DNA of 64,000 nucleotides, taken from Malacoraja senta. Taxonomy: Eukaryota. Positions 11,152 to 23,561 of this stretch are shown here, in pieces; within the stretch, counting starts at the first letter, position 1; the number at the start of each line of letters is the position of its first letter. Position numbers and translations under genes: made by a program. Location: contig CM075988.1 of the NCBI GenBank assembly GCA_038087875.1, forward strand, positions 7,628,001-7,692,000, read 5' to 3'. Below the pieces are notes generated by a model. The model was not told the origin of the DNA. It searched no databases and worked only from the letters and a program-made list of their open reading frames with translations.

Positions 11152-13483
11152 TTACGTGTGTGTTGACAGCACAGGAGACGGTTCGGCCTATGTGTGCGTG
11201 TGGTCTTTCAAAGAGAAACCTAGCATTAATTGACTTGTCCTGTTTTCCCATAACCCCATGTCTTCTCTGCCCTCAAAATTGTATCCATCTCCCAGAGAGA
11301 TTGCAGCATTCTTTTTGGAGTGCAATCGACAATAGGTGCAGGAGTAGGCTATTCAGCCCTACGAGCCAGCACCACCATTCAATATGATCATGGCTGATCA
11401 TCCACAATCAGTACCCCGTTCCTGCCTTCTCGCAATATACCCTGACTCCGCTATCTTTAAGAGCTCTATCTAACTGTGGGAATCCTCCTTAATTACAATT
11501 TTAAGTACTAAATTGATGACTCCCTGATCAGCAACAGTCCAACTATAGGATTGTGATTGTCAGGGGAGAGTACAGTGGTGCTGCACACAGTGCAGCTGCC
11601 TCACGGATCCAATGACCCAGGTTGAAGTCTGATGTCTGGTGCTGCCTATGTGGAGTTAACATGTCCTCTTTGTGATCACGTGGGTTTCCTCTGGGAGCTC
11701 TGGCTTTTTAGCGGCATCTCAAAGATGTACAGACTGTTAGGATTAGTGGCTCTGTAAGTTACTTGCAGTACATTTGCCAGCTGAGAGGTTGTGGAGGTAG
11801 AGCTGTGTGTGTGAATAGGTTACAAGGGAATAAGTGAGGGGATGGGATTACCCTGAGAGCTGATATAGACACTTATCAAAGAGAAATTCAAAAAGGACTG
11901 TAGTTGCCAAAAACTAAAATAAAAAAAAAACGAAAGTGCGAGAAATACTCAGCTGGTCAGGCAGCATCTGAAGAAAGAGAAAGTTGCTGTATCAGCTCCA
12001 GGACTAGCAAAGAGACAAATTCCTGTTTTCTCTTCCTTTTTGCCAAAGGGTCTTTAACCTAAAGCATCATCTCCATATATGCTACGACTGCTGAGTATTT
12101 TCATATCTTTTTTTATTTAAGTAAGGATATTTATAAAAAATATTTGTGATTTGTGAAATATCCATTAGATTTCCCTTTAACTGTTTGTAGTTATATTCCT
12201 AAAATCTTTAGTTACTCCTTGTATCTGTGGATTTTTGTTGCTTATAAATCAAAGCTATATGCTTCCTGGACAATTAACGTACCATTTTTTTTTAATGACC
12301 CCGCAGTCTGATGTTAAACTGTTTTTGACGCCCTTGTTTCTGCACCCATGTGGTGCTCGTTTGTATTGATTTCTCCTTTCACCAACTCAAGATGTCCTAC
12401 CCCTGTGCTGAGCTGAGGAATCATTTCTTGTTATTGTGGCAGAGTCTCGACCCAAAACGTCACATATCCATGTTCTCCAGAGATGCTGCCTGACCCGCTG
12501 AGTTACTCCAGCACTTTGTGTCCATTTCTTGTTATTGGTTTATTTCTGCAGTTTACTCTACTTTATGAAGAGAGATTTAGCAGCTAATATGTGCAAAGCA
12601 AGATTGCACATTATAATAAAGGATAGAAATTGTGTTACGTGGGGCATAGAGGTTTTCAAGAGTGGGGCAAATTCTCTTCTAGTTCTTTGAAATTGTACCG
12701 CAGGAGCCTTAATTAAAACAGAAAATGGCAGAAATGCTGCCGATCAGGCAGCGTATGCAGAGGAAGAAAGAGATTTGAAGTTTCCATGAGCACTTCCGGC
12801 ATTCTGTTTTAGTTTCGGGATTACATCATCGGCAGCATTGGAACCTTGAGCTGAGGAAACAGTGGGGTCAGGATTTCAACTTTCCATCTAATTGATGGTA
12901 CTTCTGAGATGCAGCACTGTCTCAGCCTCATTCATAAACTGAAGTCTTGGGGCGCGGAATGAAAATGAGTCAAAGCATACTTTTATCATAACAGTTTTAA
13001 TCTCCCCACTTATTTATTGAACTTCCTTCACACTGTAGAAAGATTCATCTTTCTAAAGTTTAAAAAACAGTCATCTTCTTGTTATCCACGTTTGTCGCAG
13101 CTGTTGTCATAACTACAAATTTATTGGCCAGGTTGTTGACTAACTCATCAGTAGATGAGAAATACTGGATCAACAGATCTTAAGACACAGGAGCAGAATT
13201 ACGCCATTTGGCCCATCGAGTCTGCTCCGCCATTTGATCACGGCTGATCTAGTCGTTCAACTCCATTGTCCTGCCTTCTCCCCATAACCTTTGATTCCCT
13301 TACTAATCACAAACCTATCAATCTCCACTTTAAAAATACCCAACGACATGGCCTCCACAGTTGTGTGTGGTAATGAATTCCACTGATTCATCATCCTCTA
13401 GATGATCTTTAAACTCAGTGCGTCTTCCCTGTACTAGCCTCAAACCCTTTAATTCATTTAATATCCAACAATCTAGGGATATA

Positions 13484-13765
13484 GGGGCAGCACAGTGGTT
13501 CAGCGGTGGAGCTGCTGCCTTACAGCGCCAGAGATCTGGGTTTGATCCTGACTATGACTGCTGTCTGTACGGAGTTTGTACATTCTTCCCATGGCTGCGT
13601 GGGTTTTCTCCGGGTGCACCAGTTTCCTCCTACACTCCAAAGACATAGAGGTTTGTAGGTTAATTGCCTTCTGTTAATTGTAATTGGTCCCAAGTGTGTA
13701 TGATATTGCTGGTGTACGGGGTGGTTGCCAGTCAGCGCGGACTTGGTGGGCTGAAGGTCCCGTCT
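13484..13765 (+). mobile_element. HE1-like V-SINE
   Basis: tRNA head, V-domain and CR1-like tail. Confidence 0.8.
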
Positions 13766-15204
13766 AAAGTATAATCTCAGCCTCCATCTGGAAAATATTT
13801 AGCATATGAGCCTCCACTTGGCTGGAGAATTGCAAAGAAACATTGCACTAGTTGGAGAGATTTCTTGTCGCTCATACTTGATTGGTGGCCATCCATTTGG
13901 AAACATGGACTCCTAGTTCCTGACACATCAGTCAGGAGAGACGTTATCTCTGCAAATAGCAAGCTTCAGTAATTTAAAAATAATATTTCACTGCGGTTCT
14001 TTAAAACTCTAGAGTACAGACTAAATCTCTTCTCGTAGGAAATTTCCTTCATCCCAGGAATAAATCTGACGATCTATTGTTGCACTTCTATTACAAATAT
14101 ATCCTTCCTTAGAACCGGCGATTAGACTTGCGCACAATACGACAGGTGCTGTCGCAACAGGTCGCTAATACCACTAAGACATTTTTAATCATATTTTCCA
14201 ATCCTTTTGCAAATAAAGGCCAGTTTCACTTTGTAATTGGACGCTGCAGCTGCTTGTTTGCTTTCAGTGATTCATGCACAAGGATACACAGGTCCCTCTG
14301 AACACCTTAAACCTCAAGTGAAATGGCCGGGCCGCAGTTGTCAACTAATGTGGGATTCTGTGTTTCCAAACCAAGTCAAGAGACTCAAGAGAGTTTTATT
14401 GTCATGTGTCCCAGATAGGACAATGAAATTCTTGCTTGCTGCAGCGCAACGGAATATGTAAACATAGTACATAACGGGAGAAGAAAAAAAGTTCAGTGTG
14501 TGTATACACAATGCACACATACTCAATCTCAATAAATAACAAATATAGTGCAAAGGTACCATGTGTTGGAAAAAGGATTAAACGTTATCATTAAAACAAA
14601 ATCTTTGAAATTAGGACGATGACTATTTCTTTCACTTGGGTCATAACAAAGAAGTTGCCATGGTTATGGATTCTCTTCAGCTGTCCTACCCAATGAAAGT
14701 AGGACGAACAGTAAATCAGAATTGTAAGGATTTATGGGGATTTTGCAGAACAATTTTATTTTTACAAATTAAAATGTAAAATGCAGGGAGATTAGGAGCT
14801 ACTGTGTTTGTTGTGCAGCAAAATGGTTGCAAAGGGAGACAGTCTCGATAGGGATAAGATGATATCGGGAGAATCCAATTCAATGTTTTCTCTCTCCCTC
14901 TCTCTCTCTCTCTGAAGTTTGTTTGATTAAGCTGTTGTCTGTTTTGACAGCATGGAGAGAGGAGATAACATGATGTGTTTTGATGGCCCATGTACCCCTG
15001 ATGACTATTGCACTTCTAAATCTCAGGGGATGGGATTATCCATGTAGTCTGTTACTGCTGCTAATGACCTTTTCCAATGTATGCTGCTCTGCATGACAAA
15101 TTATCTTGTCGTCACTACCTGCTGCAATGAAGCCTGCACATTTGTTCACTCAACAGGCCAGCATTCACACCAGTGATGCCGTGGTCCAGTCTGACCTCTC
15201 TCTC

Positions 15205-15842
15205 AGTTAGATACAAAGGATTGCAGATGCTGGCTAATAGACAAAAGGACACAGAGTGCTGTAGTAACACATTGAGTCAGGCAGCATCGCTGGGGAACAT
15301 GGATAGGTGTCGATCCTCGAACCGAAACATCATCTATCCATGCTCTACAGGAATGCTGCCTGGCCAGCTGAGTTACTCCAGCACTTTGTGTCCCTCTCAC
15401 TGCTAACTGCAATCAGTTGAGGTGGTTGACCACACCATTGCTTTCTTCAAAGATAGACACAAAGTGCTGGAGTAAGTCAGCAGGTCAGGTAGCATCTCTG
15501 GAGATAAGGGATGAGTGATGTTTCAGGTCGGAGCCCTTCTTCGGAGCCCATCCTTTTCCTCCAGAGATGCTGCCTGACCCTCTGTGTTACTCCAGCACTT
15601 TGTGACTCTCTTCAGTATAAACTAGCATCTGCAGTTCCTTCCTACACACTTCAGTGGGGCTGCCAAAACTACATGGGCACAAAGAGCTGGAGTAACTCAG
15701 TAGATCAGCTAGCATCTCTGGAGAATATGGATAGGTGACGTTTCGGGTTGAAACCCTTGAAGTCGAGATGCTACCTGATCTGCTGCCAGCACTTTGTGTC
15801 TTTTTGTGTATTAAGCAGCATCTGCAGTTCCTTGTTTCTATC
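15205..15842. repeat. Three adjacent fold-back PLE terminal-repeat derivatives
   Basis: Each has a minus-oriented unit joined head-to-head to a plus-oriented unit (CACAAAGTGCTGGAGTAA ... TTACTCCAGCACTTTGTG). Confidence 0.7.
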
Positions 15843-16069
15843 AAAATGAGATTGTTGATTTCATGGGATCCAGTATCATCGTGGTTACATTACTTGATGG
15901 GAAGGCAGATTTAGGGATGATCCAGAGACATAAGTTTGAATCCCATTGTGGCAGCAGATGAATGTAAAATCAACTGATTAAATAAATAAATCTAGTAATT
16001 AAATGAGAAAATGCTCATCTAGAAACTGTAATCGTAAAAAGACAGTATTGTCATTAATACACCTTGCCA

Positions 16070-16380
16070 GGGCAGCATGGTGGCGCAACGGTAGAGTTGC
16101 TGCCTTACAGCGCTTGCAGAGCCAGAGACCCGGGTTCAATCTCGACTACGGGTGCTGTCTGTACATTCTGCGTGGGTTTTCTCCGAGATCTTCGGTTTCC
16201 TCCCACATTCCAAAGGCGTACAGGTTTGTAGGTTAATTGGCTTGGTATGAGCGTAAATTGTCCCAAGTGTGTGCAGGATAGCGTTAACGTGCGTGATCGC
16301 TTGTCCGTGCGGGCCCGGTGGGCCAAAGGGCATGTTTCCGTGCTGTATCTCTAACACTAAAACTAAAAACTAAACTAAAA
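16070..16380 (+). mobile_element. HE1-like V-SINE with (AAACT)n tail
   Basis: GGTGGCGCAACGGTAGAGTTGCTGCCTTACAGC head, GGTTCAATC B box, tail GTTTCCGTGCTGTATCTCT(AAACT)n. Confidence 0.85.
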
Positions 16381-16639
16381 GTCTATTTTGTTCACTAATG
16401 GTCTGCACGGAAGACAGATCTGACACGCTGACCTGGTGTGTGATCCCAGTTCCACTGAGTGTAGTTATCGCCTATCCGCCTCTTTAGTTCAGGGGTAATT
16501 AATGATGGACGATGAATACTGCCAATGCCAACAATATGCACAGCCTGTGAACTAATGAGCTAGCCTTCTACCTCCCTTTCCACGCACCTCTGCTCTGGCA
16601 ATATCCAGCCTCACCTTGCTCACAGTCTGTCTATATATT

Positions 16640-16855
16640 GAAGATAGACACAAAAAGCTGGAGTAACTCAGCGGGCCAGGCAGCATCTCTGGAGAGAAGG
16701 AATGGGTGACGTTTCGGGTCGAGACCCTTCTTCAGATTAGTTAGGCAAAAAGGGAAACGAGAGATATAGACGATGATGTAGAGAGATAAAGAACAAGGAA
16801 TGAAAGATATGCAGAAAAGTTACGATGTACTTTGATGTAATGAAGTAACGATGAT
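16640..16855 (-). mobile_element. PLE terminal-repeat copy with intact minimal hammerhead-like core (16708-16735)
   Basis: Minus strand reads CTGAAGA-A-GGGT-CTCG-ACCC-GAAACGTC. Confidence 0.75.
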
Positions 16856-18311
16856 TCAAGGTATGGCCTCTATATATTTATAACTTACTCTCTGTCATCA
16901 GGCTTCTTGAGTGGTCCTTTTTTAAGCCAGGGTAACTGTTTGATTCTCCTCCACCCCATTGCGGACATTGGGGTTTGTCTCTGGAACTGATGCGTTACAA
17001 TGGTGAGAACTATATTCTGCACTCTGTATCTCTCCGCCTCGCCACCCTCACCCCCCTTTGCTCTATCTGTTGCTTTTGAGATTGACGATTGTATTTATGC
17101 ACGATATATCTGATTTGTTTGGATAGCAAGTAAAGCAAAGCATTTCACCGTACTTCTGTATATGTAACAATAACAAACCTAAAACTATCATGTACTACTT
17201 TCCTATTTGAAGGGGAAATCATCCCTATTTGATACTGTTCAGGATAATCTGTCATTTGGGAAGGCTTCACTATACTGCAGTGAGGACTTGAAATTAGAGA
17301 AATCTACCACTGGTTTGTAAGATGCCCAAGCAAAATATGAGGTGCTGTTCCTCCAATTTGAATGCATTCCCTCCCCTCCCCTCTCTCCCTCCCCCTCCCC
17401 CCTCCCCCACCCCAGTCATCCTACCAGTTCCACTGTTTGCATCATTGTATCCCTCTTATTATCACACCTCCCCGAGCCAACAATGGGCCATTATGGGCTC
17501 CATCCTTCATGAGATCACCTGTTGCCGACCCTGCTTTGATCTGTCTCTAGTTTATTTCCCACGCCTTCCACACCCTCTCCCCTCTGCCTCTACTTTCATT
17601 CTGAAGATGGCTTACGACCTGAAACATTACCAATTATTTTTCTCCAGAGATGCTGCCTGACTCATTGAGTTACTCCAGCATTCTGTGTCTATACTGTGTC
17701 TATACTTCTGACTATACTGCAGTTGGTGCATTGTGTTTGTGTATGCCACCCTATTTCAATTCTTGAAGTGCGTATACAGATTAGTTTGATAAAAGCAAAA
17801 TGCAGCAGGTACTGGGGAATCTGGGGTGAGAAACGCCTTGAACATTCTGGGAATACGCAACAGTTCAGGCAGGGGAGAAAGAGCTAACAAATGATCTTGA
17901 GTCAGAATTGGGCAAAGTTGGAAAACGAGCAAATTTTCAGTTGCAGAAATGACAGAGGGGTGCAGAGAAAAAGGTGATACATCTGTGTTGGTCTGGAGAC
18001 CAGGCGGTGTTGCCTCCAGATCAGATCAGGTGCAATTGAGGTTTGCAGTTCAGAGTCGTGACTTTGCATGGAACCCGAGTTGAAGGTGATGGTGGGGTGG
18101 GGGGCAGAGTCATGGGTGATGCGATCCGCGCTGTTAAAACTGGCATCAGCTGTGCAACTATTATTGGATGGTGTATCACATATTCCATCTTAAATTACCA
18201 GACAGAAATAGATTGGTGTAGTTATTGTTTTGCGGTTGGTTGGTCTGAAGCTGACCAGTATAGTTACTGGTCAGCTTCTGTTACTGGTGTATTTTTAATG
18301 TTTTAGATTTA

Positions 18312-18531
18312 AGGGCCTGTCCGACTTGGGCGTCATTTGCGCGTCATTTCTTGGCCGTCATTTGCGCGTCATTTACGCGTAACGACGCACGACGCGCGCG
18401 TCGTAATGCGCACGTGATATGCGCATGGTGCGTGGTGACGTAGGCAGTGACGCCCCAGGATTTTGCGATGTACAAAATCTTCGCACGCCATCTGCGTGAT
18501 GCACAAATGACGCCCAAGTGGGACAGGCCCT
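18312..18531. mobile_element. PIF/Harbinger-type MITE (220 bp)
   Basis: TIRs AGGGCCTGTCCGACTTGGGCGTCATTTG / CAAATGACGCCCAAGTGGGACAGGCCCT; TTA duplication on both sides; same family as 9051-9214. Confidence 0.9.
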
Positions 18532-18963
18532 TTATGTTCATGTCAGAGGAGCAGAATTTGGTCATTCAGCCCATCGAGTCTACTCCTTCATTCAATCATA
18601 TCAACCCTATGCTCCTGCCTTCTCCCCGTAATCTTTGACATCCTTACTAATCAAGTACTTATCAATCTCTACTTTAAATGACTTGGCCTCCACAGCCTTC
18701 TGTGGCAATGAATTCCACAGATTCACCACCCTCTGACTAAAAATATTCCTCATCTTTCTAAAGCTACGTCCTTTTATTCTGAGACTGTGCCCTGTGATCC
18801 TAGACTCTCTCCACATCCACTCCACCCAGGCCTGTCACTATTTGGTAAGTTTCAATGAGGTCACCCACTAACCCTTCTGAACTTATTTGTTTGTTGAAAT
18901 TATCTTATCCAATTCTGCTTTGTCATAGAGTCATACAGCACAGACACTGGCCCTTCTGCCCAA

Positions 18964-19618
18964 TAAGCGAGATTAGTATTCCGACTGCGCATGCCCAGGT
19001 CATAGGTCACTCGTGATAAACACCCTTGGCAGCCGTGCCGCTGCATGAACACAGACCCGCGCTCCATCCGCAGCCAGGATCGAACCCGGCTCTCCAGCGC
19101 TGCAAGCGCCACCAACCCGCCACTGGACGATCCACGTCCACTCCTGAGCGCCCTATCCCCGTCCGGGGGCGGCTGGAGACGCCCGAGGCGACCCCGGACT
19201 GACGGGACACCGGTCCGTTGCAGTGGCGGCCCAGGCCCACAGCCAGTGCGGAGAAGAAGCGCCAACTCCACTGCTCCGGGCCGGTGTCCTTTCAGTCCAG
19301 GGCCGCCGGTTAACCCGGCGGGACAGGCAGAGCCGAACTGGAGCCAGAGCCTCCTCTCCACGCTGGCTGTAAGCCTGGGCTACCATTGCAACGGGCCGGT
19401 ACCCCGGACAGGGACGGGACACTCGGGAAGGGACGGGACACTTGGGAAGGGACATGACAGCCCAGCAGCAACTCAACAGCGCCAGAGACCCGGGCCCGAT
19501 CCTGACCACAGACGAAATGCAGGTCTGCACCCACGCAGCTGCACAGCCGCCGAGAATGCGAGTGACCCTCGACAAATCCCATGATTCCTTGCGTTTTTCA
19601 GAATACCAAACTCGCTTA
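18964..19618. mobile_element. Unclassified TIR-bounded fold-back (rod-like) insertion, non-coding
   Basis: 21-bp TIRs TAAGCGAGATTAGTATTCCGA (18964-18984) and revcomp of 19598-19618 TAAGCGAGTTTGGTATTCTGA (3 mismatches). Internal arms 19005-19270 and 19339-19567 are imperfect reverse complements. The insertion interrupts a CR1 3' tail. Confidence 0.75.
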
Positions 19619-20058
19619 TTTGTCCATCGTGTGGATAATGTCCATATACACTCGTCCCATTTGCCCATGTTTGACCCATAATCCTCTTAGCCTTTCCGAT
19701 CCATATACCTGTCCAAATGTATTTTGAATGTTGTGATTGTACCTGCCTCAATCACTTCCTGTGGCAGTACATTCCACTTACGTATCATGTTCTCTGTGGA
19801 AAATGTTATCCCTCAGCTTCTGATTATACATTTTCCATCTCACCTTAAATCTACTCTAGCAACATTTAAGAAACATTTGGACGGGTACATGGATAGGACA
19901 GGTTTAGACTTTAGAGGGATATGAGCCAAACGCAGGCAGGTTCAACTAGTGTAGATGGGACATGTTGGCCGGTGTGGGCAAGTTGGGCTGAATGGCCTGT
20001 TTCCACTCTGTAACACCCTATCTCTATGACTTAAACCTATGCCCTCAAGTTCTTGATT
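19619..20058 (-). mobile_element. CR1 LINE 3' fragment (continues at 18923-18963), itself interrupted by a plus-strand CR1 tail at about 19851-20030
   Basis: CR1 3' UTR and ORF2-end motifs on both strands; CTCACCTTAAA resumes as TTAAACCTATG after the inner copy. Confidence 0.7.
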
Positions 20059-20210
20059 CAAGAGTCAAGAGGGTGTTGTATTGTGAAATGTCCCGAAATG
20101 GAATTAAATTCTTACTTGCAGCAGCAACACGCCAGGTTTGTAAACACTGTACCCAATAGATAATATAATAAACAAACAAAAAATAGGTCAACAAATAAAA
20201 ATGAATATAG

Positions 20211-20424
20211 TTTAGCGGTTTGAGAAACGACTACTGGAGTTTCAACCAAAACCTTTATTCGAAAGTAAGTTGCAGTACACAGGTTTGTCAAACACGTCTG
20301 ACCACACTGAACTAACTCGCGCCAAGGGAAAACCGCGCGAAAACAACGGCCCCTCCCGGATCACGTGACCGCGGCTTCCGAACGCCGGGTTCGATATCTG
20401 CGTGCGCTAGGTGGCGCCGCTACA
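20211..20424 (-). repeat. 3' LTR (214 bp)
   Basis: Direct repeat of 24370-24591 with about 6 substitutions and 2 indels by eye; minus-strand AATAAA at 20254-20259. Confidence 0.95.
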
Positions 20425-20440
20425 TGCCCCCCCCCCAGAA
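20425..20440 (-). promoter_or_regulatory. Polypurine tract
   Basis: G-run on the minus strand directly before the TGTAGCGG start of the 3' LTR. Confidence 0.85.
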
Positions 20441-23400
20441 TCCGCGGTACGGAAACGCGCGGGTAAACGGACGGTGTGACCGGAACGTGTAGTCCGCGGT
20501 CGCGGGGCGAGCGTAACATTTGGGACCGGCACAACAGAACCGGAGGGACGCGAAAAATGCAAATGAGGGACGGGCATAACCAAGGGGACCGGAGAAACGC
20601 GACCAGAGAGAACGGGTGTAGAGGGTGTCAAAACGGCAGGTGGACGTCCTCTACGCCGTGGATTAGCCACTGTCACTGGGCTATCCTCATCGACATGTGC
20701 AGGCTTGAGGCGGCTCACAGAAACGAACTCCTCTCTGCCACCCATGTCCAAAGTGAATGTTGAAACCCCCACATTGAGCACCTTGTACGGACCCTCATAC
20801 ACCCGCTGTAACGGCGAGCGATGAGCGTCTCTACGGAGAAAAACAAGCACAATCCCGTAACACAGGAGGCACATGAACCGAAGATGAACCATGCCAGGAA
20901 GTGGGAACTGGGACCAAAACGTGCGCCCGCTCGCGAAGGTCCTCCAACACCTGCGAGGTGGCATTCTCCTGATCCTGGGGGGCAGGCAAGAAATCCCCGG
21001 CAAAACCGAGCCATAAACCAACTCGGCCGAGGAGGCTTTGAGGTCTTCCTTGGGCGTTGTCCTGATGCCCAGGAGGGCCCAAGGTAACTGGTCGACCCAA
21101 TCAGGGCCGGTGAGTCGTGCCTTTAACACCGACTTAAGATGTCTGTGGAATCGCTCGACCAGCCCGTTAGACTCGGGGTGGTAAGCAGTAGTTTGATGTA
21201 ACTTAGCGGCGTACATCTGCGCCATACCGCCCCATAGGGAAGATGTGAACTGGGCCCAGCAGTCTGTCGTTATATCTGAGGGGACCCCGAAACAAGCGAC
21301 CCAATTTGAGACAATGGCCCTCGCGCATGCCTCGGTGGAGGTATCCGATAACGGGATGGCCTCCGCCCACCTGGTAAACCTGTCCACGATAGTCAGTAAG
21401 TGGGTAGCCCCGCGCGAACAAGGTAAGGGACCTACCAGGTCTACATGGATGTGCAGGAACCGGCCGTCCGGGACATCGAAATCCTGGACCGGCGGGTGTA
21501 CATGTCTCTGCACTTTGGAGGTCTGGCATGGGATACAGGAACGGGCCCATGCAGCGACTTGCTTCCTCAGGCCGTGCCAGACGAACTTCGTTGCGACTAG
21601 GGCAGAGGTAGCGCGAATTGACGGGTGCGCTAAACTATGGATGGTGTCGAAGATCCGGTCTGGCTTTACCGGTGGAAACATCACAAAGGACTCGTGCGCC
21701 GGAGGCGTCGCAAGACACTTCAACCAGCTTCAGCCCTGATTCAGTGTTGTGGTAAATCCTCATACCCGTTGGGCAGCTGCCAACTCCTGGTAATCGATAC
21801 CCAGACTGAGCGCGGAGACCTCGGGCAGCGCTGGACGGGATAATGCGTCGGCCACGACATTCAGCTTTCCTGCCACATGCCGAATGTCAGACGTGAATTC
21901 TGAAATGTAGACAAGGTGCTGTTGCTGCCTAGCAGACCATGGATCAGAAACCTTGGTCAAAGCGAACGTTAGTGGCTTGTGATCGGTGAACGCGGTGAAA
22001 GCTCGCCCTTCTAGGAAATAGCGAAAATGGCGGATTGCTAGGTAAAGCGCAAGGAGCTCCCTGTCGAAAACGCTGTATTTAATTTCCGGGGCTCGCAGTT
22101 GCCTGCTGAAAAACGCCAGCGGCACCCAGCGACTGACTACCCGCTGCTCAAGGACGCCCCCCACCGCGACATCGGAGGCGTCTACGGTTAGTGCCGTTTG
22201 GGCCGAAGCCCTGGGTTGTACTAGCATAGTGGCTTTGGCCAATGCCATCTTGGCCCCTTCAAAAGCTTTCTGTGCCTCCTTAGACCAAACTAGGTCCTTG
22301 AGCTTACCGGCCAAGCATTGGAATAGCGGCCGCATGATGGCGGCTGCCGACGGGACGAAACGGTGATAGAAGTTAACCATCCCGATAAACTCCTGGAGAC
22401 CCTTAATCGACTACGCCCTGGGGAATTGCCGAATGGCGTCGACTTTCTCGGGCAGGGGTTGCGTTCCCTGGGAAGTGATACTATGCTCTAAGAACGAGAT
22501 AGAGCGCAGCCCGAACTGGCACTTCTCGGGGTTGATTACCAACCCGTGTTCGTGCAGACGTTCGAAAAGTAAGCGGAGGTGATTGGTATGTTCTGCCTCC
22601 GAGCGGCTGGCTACCAGGATGTCATCCAGGTAGATGAAAACGAACGGCAAACCCCAGCCGACCTGATCCATTAACCTTTGGAACGCCTGAGCTGCGTTCT
22701 TCAGGCCAAAAGGCATTCTGAGCCACTCGAAAAGGCCGAACGGGGTAATGGTGGCCCTCTTAGGGATGTCGTCAGGGTGGACCGGGATTTGGTTATACCC
22801 GCGGATGAGGTCGACCTTCGAGAAGATGGTCGCCCCTTCCAAATGGGCCGAGAAATCCTGAATGATTGGGACCGGATACCGGTCGGCCGTGGTTATTGCG
22901 TTTAAACGTCGATAGTCGCCGCAAGGCCTCCAACCCCCGGACGCTTTGGGCACCATGTGTAACGGGGAAGCCCAGGGGCTATCCGACCACCGGACAATTC
23001 CCATGTCCTGCATGAGCTGGAACCCGTCTCGTGCGATGGGCAGTTTATCGGGCGGGAGATTGCGCGCGCGGGCGTGCACTGGCAGACCCTCGGTGGGAAT
23101 GTGATGGACCACGCCATGACGGGGCGCGGTTCCGTCAAACCAGGGCGTGAGCAATCCTGGAGAATTGGCGAGCAGGGTCGTGAAAGGTTTCTGGATCTCA
23201 GCTACCTCGGAGATTTGCTGCGAGGGTGTTGACGGGTTGCGCGGTGTGTCAGGGCGTGGGCCCGATGCAGGGATCATTCGACCACCCCGTACATCGACTA
23301 ACAGGGAGAACGCGCGCAAGAAATCGGCGCCCAGGATTGGTTGGGCGACGTCAGCAACGATAAACTTCCACCTGTACTGGTGGGAGTCTAAATTTAGTTT

Positions 23401-23561
23401 CGCGGTCCGCGTACCGTAGGTGTGAATATCGCTCCCGTTTACAGCTGAGAGGACAGGTCCCACCTTACCCGCACGGAGGTCCCGGGTGTTTGGAGGCAGG
23501 ATACTGACATGGGCACCTGAATCTACCAGGAAACGGTGGCCGGAATGGCGATCACGGACGA

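Noticed and set aside
18900..19751. Overlapping 150-180 aa ORFs on both strands of the GC-rich island
   Set aside because: Low-complexity Arg/Pro/Gly/Ala products with no recognisable motif; expected from high GC content and self-complementarity.
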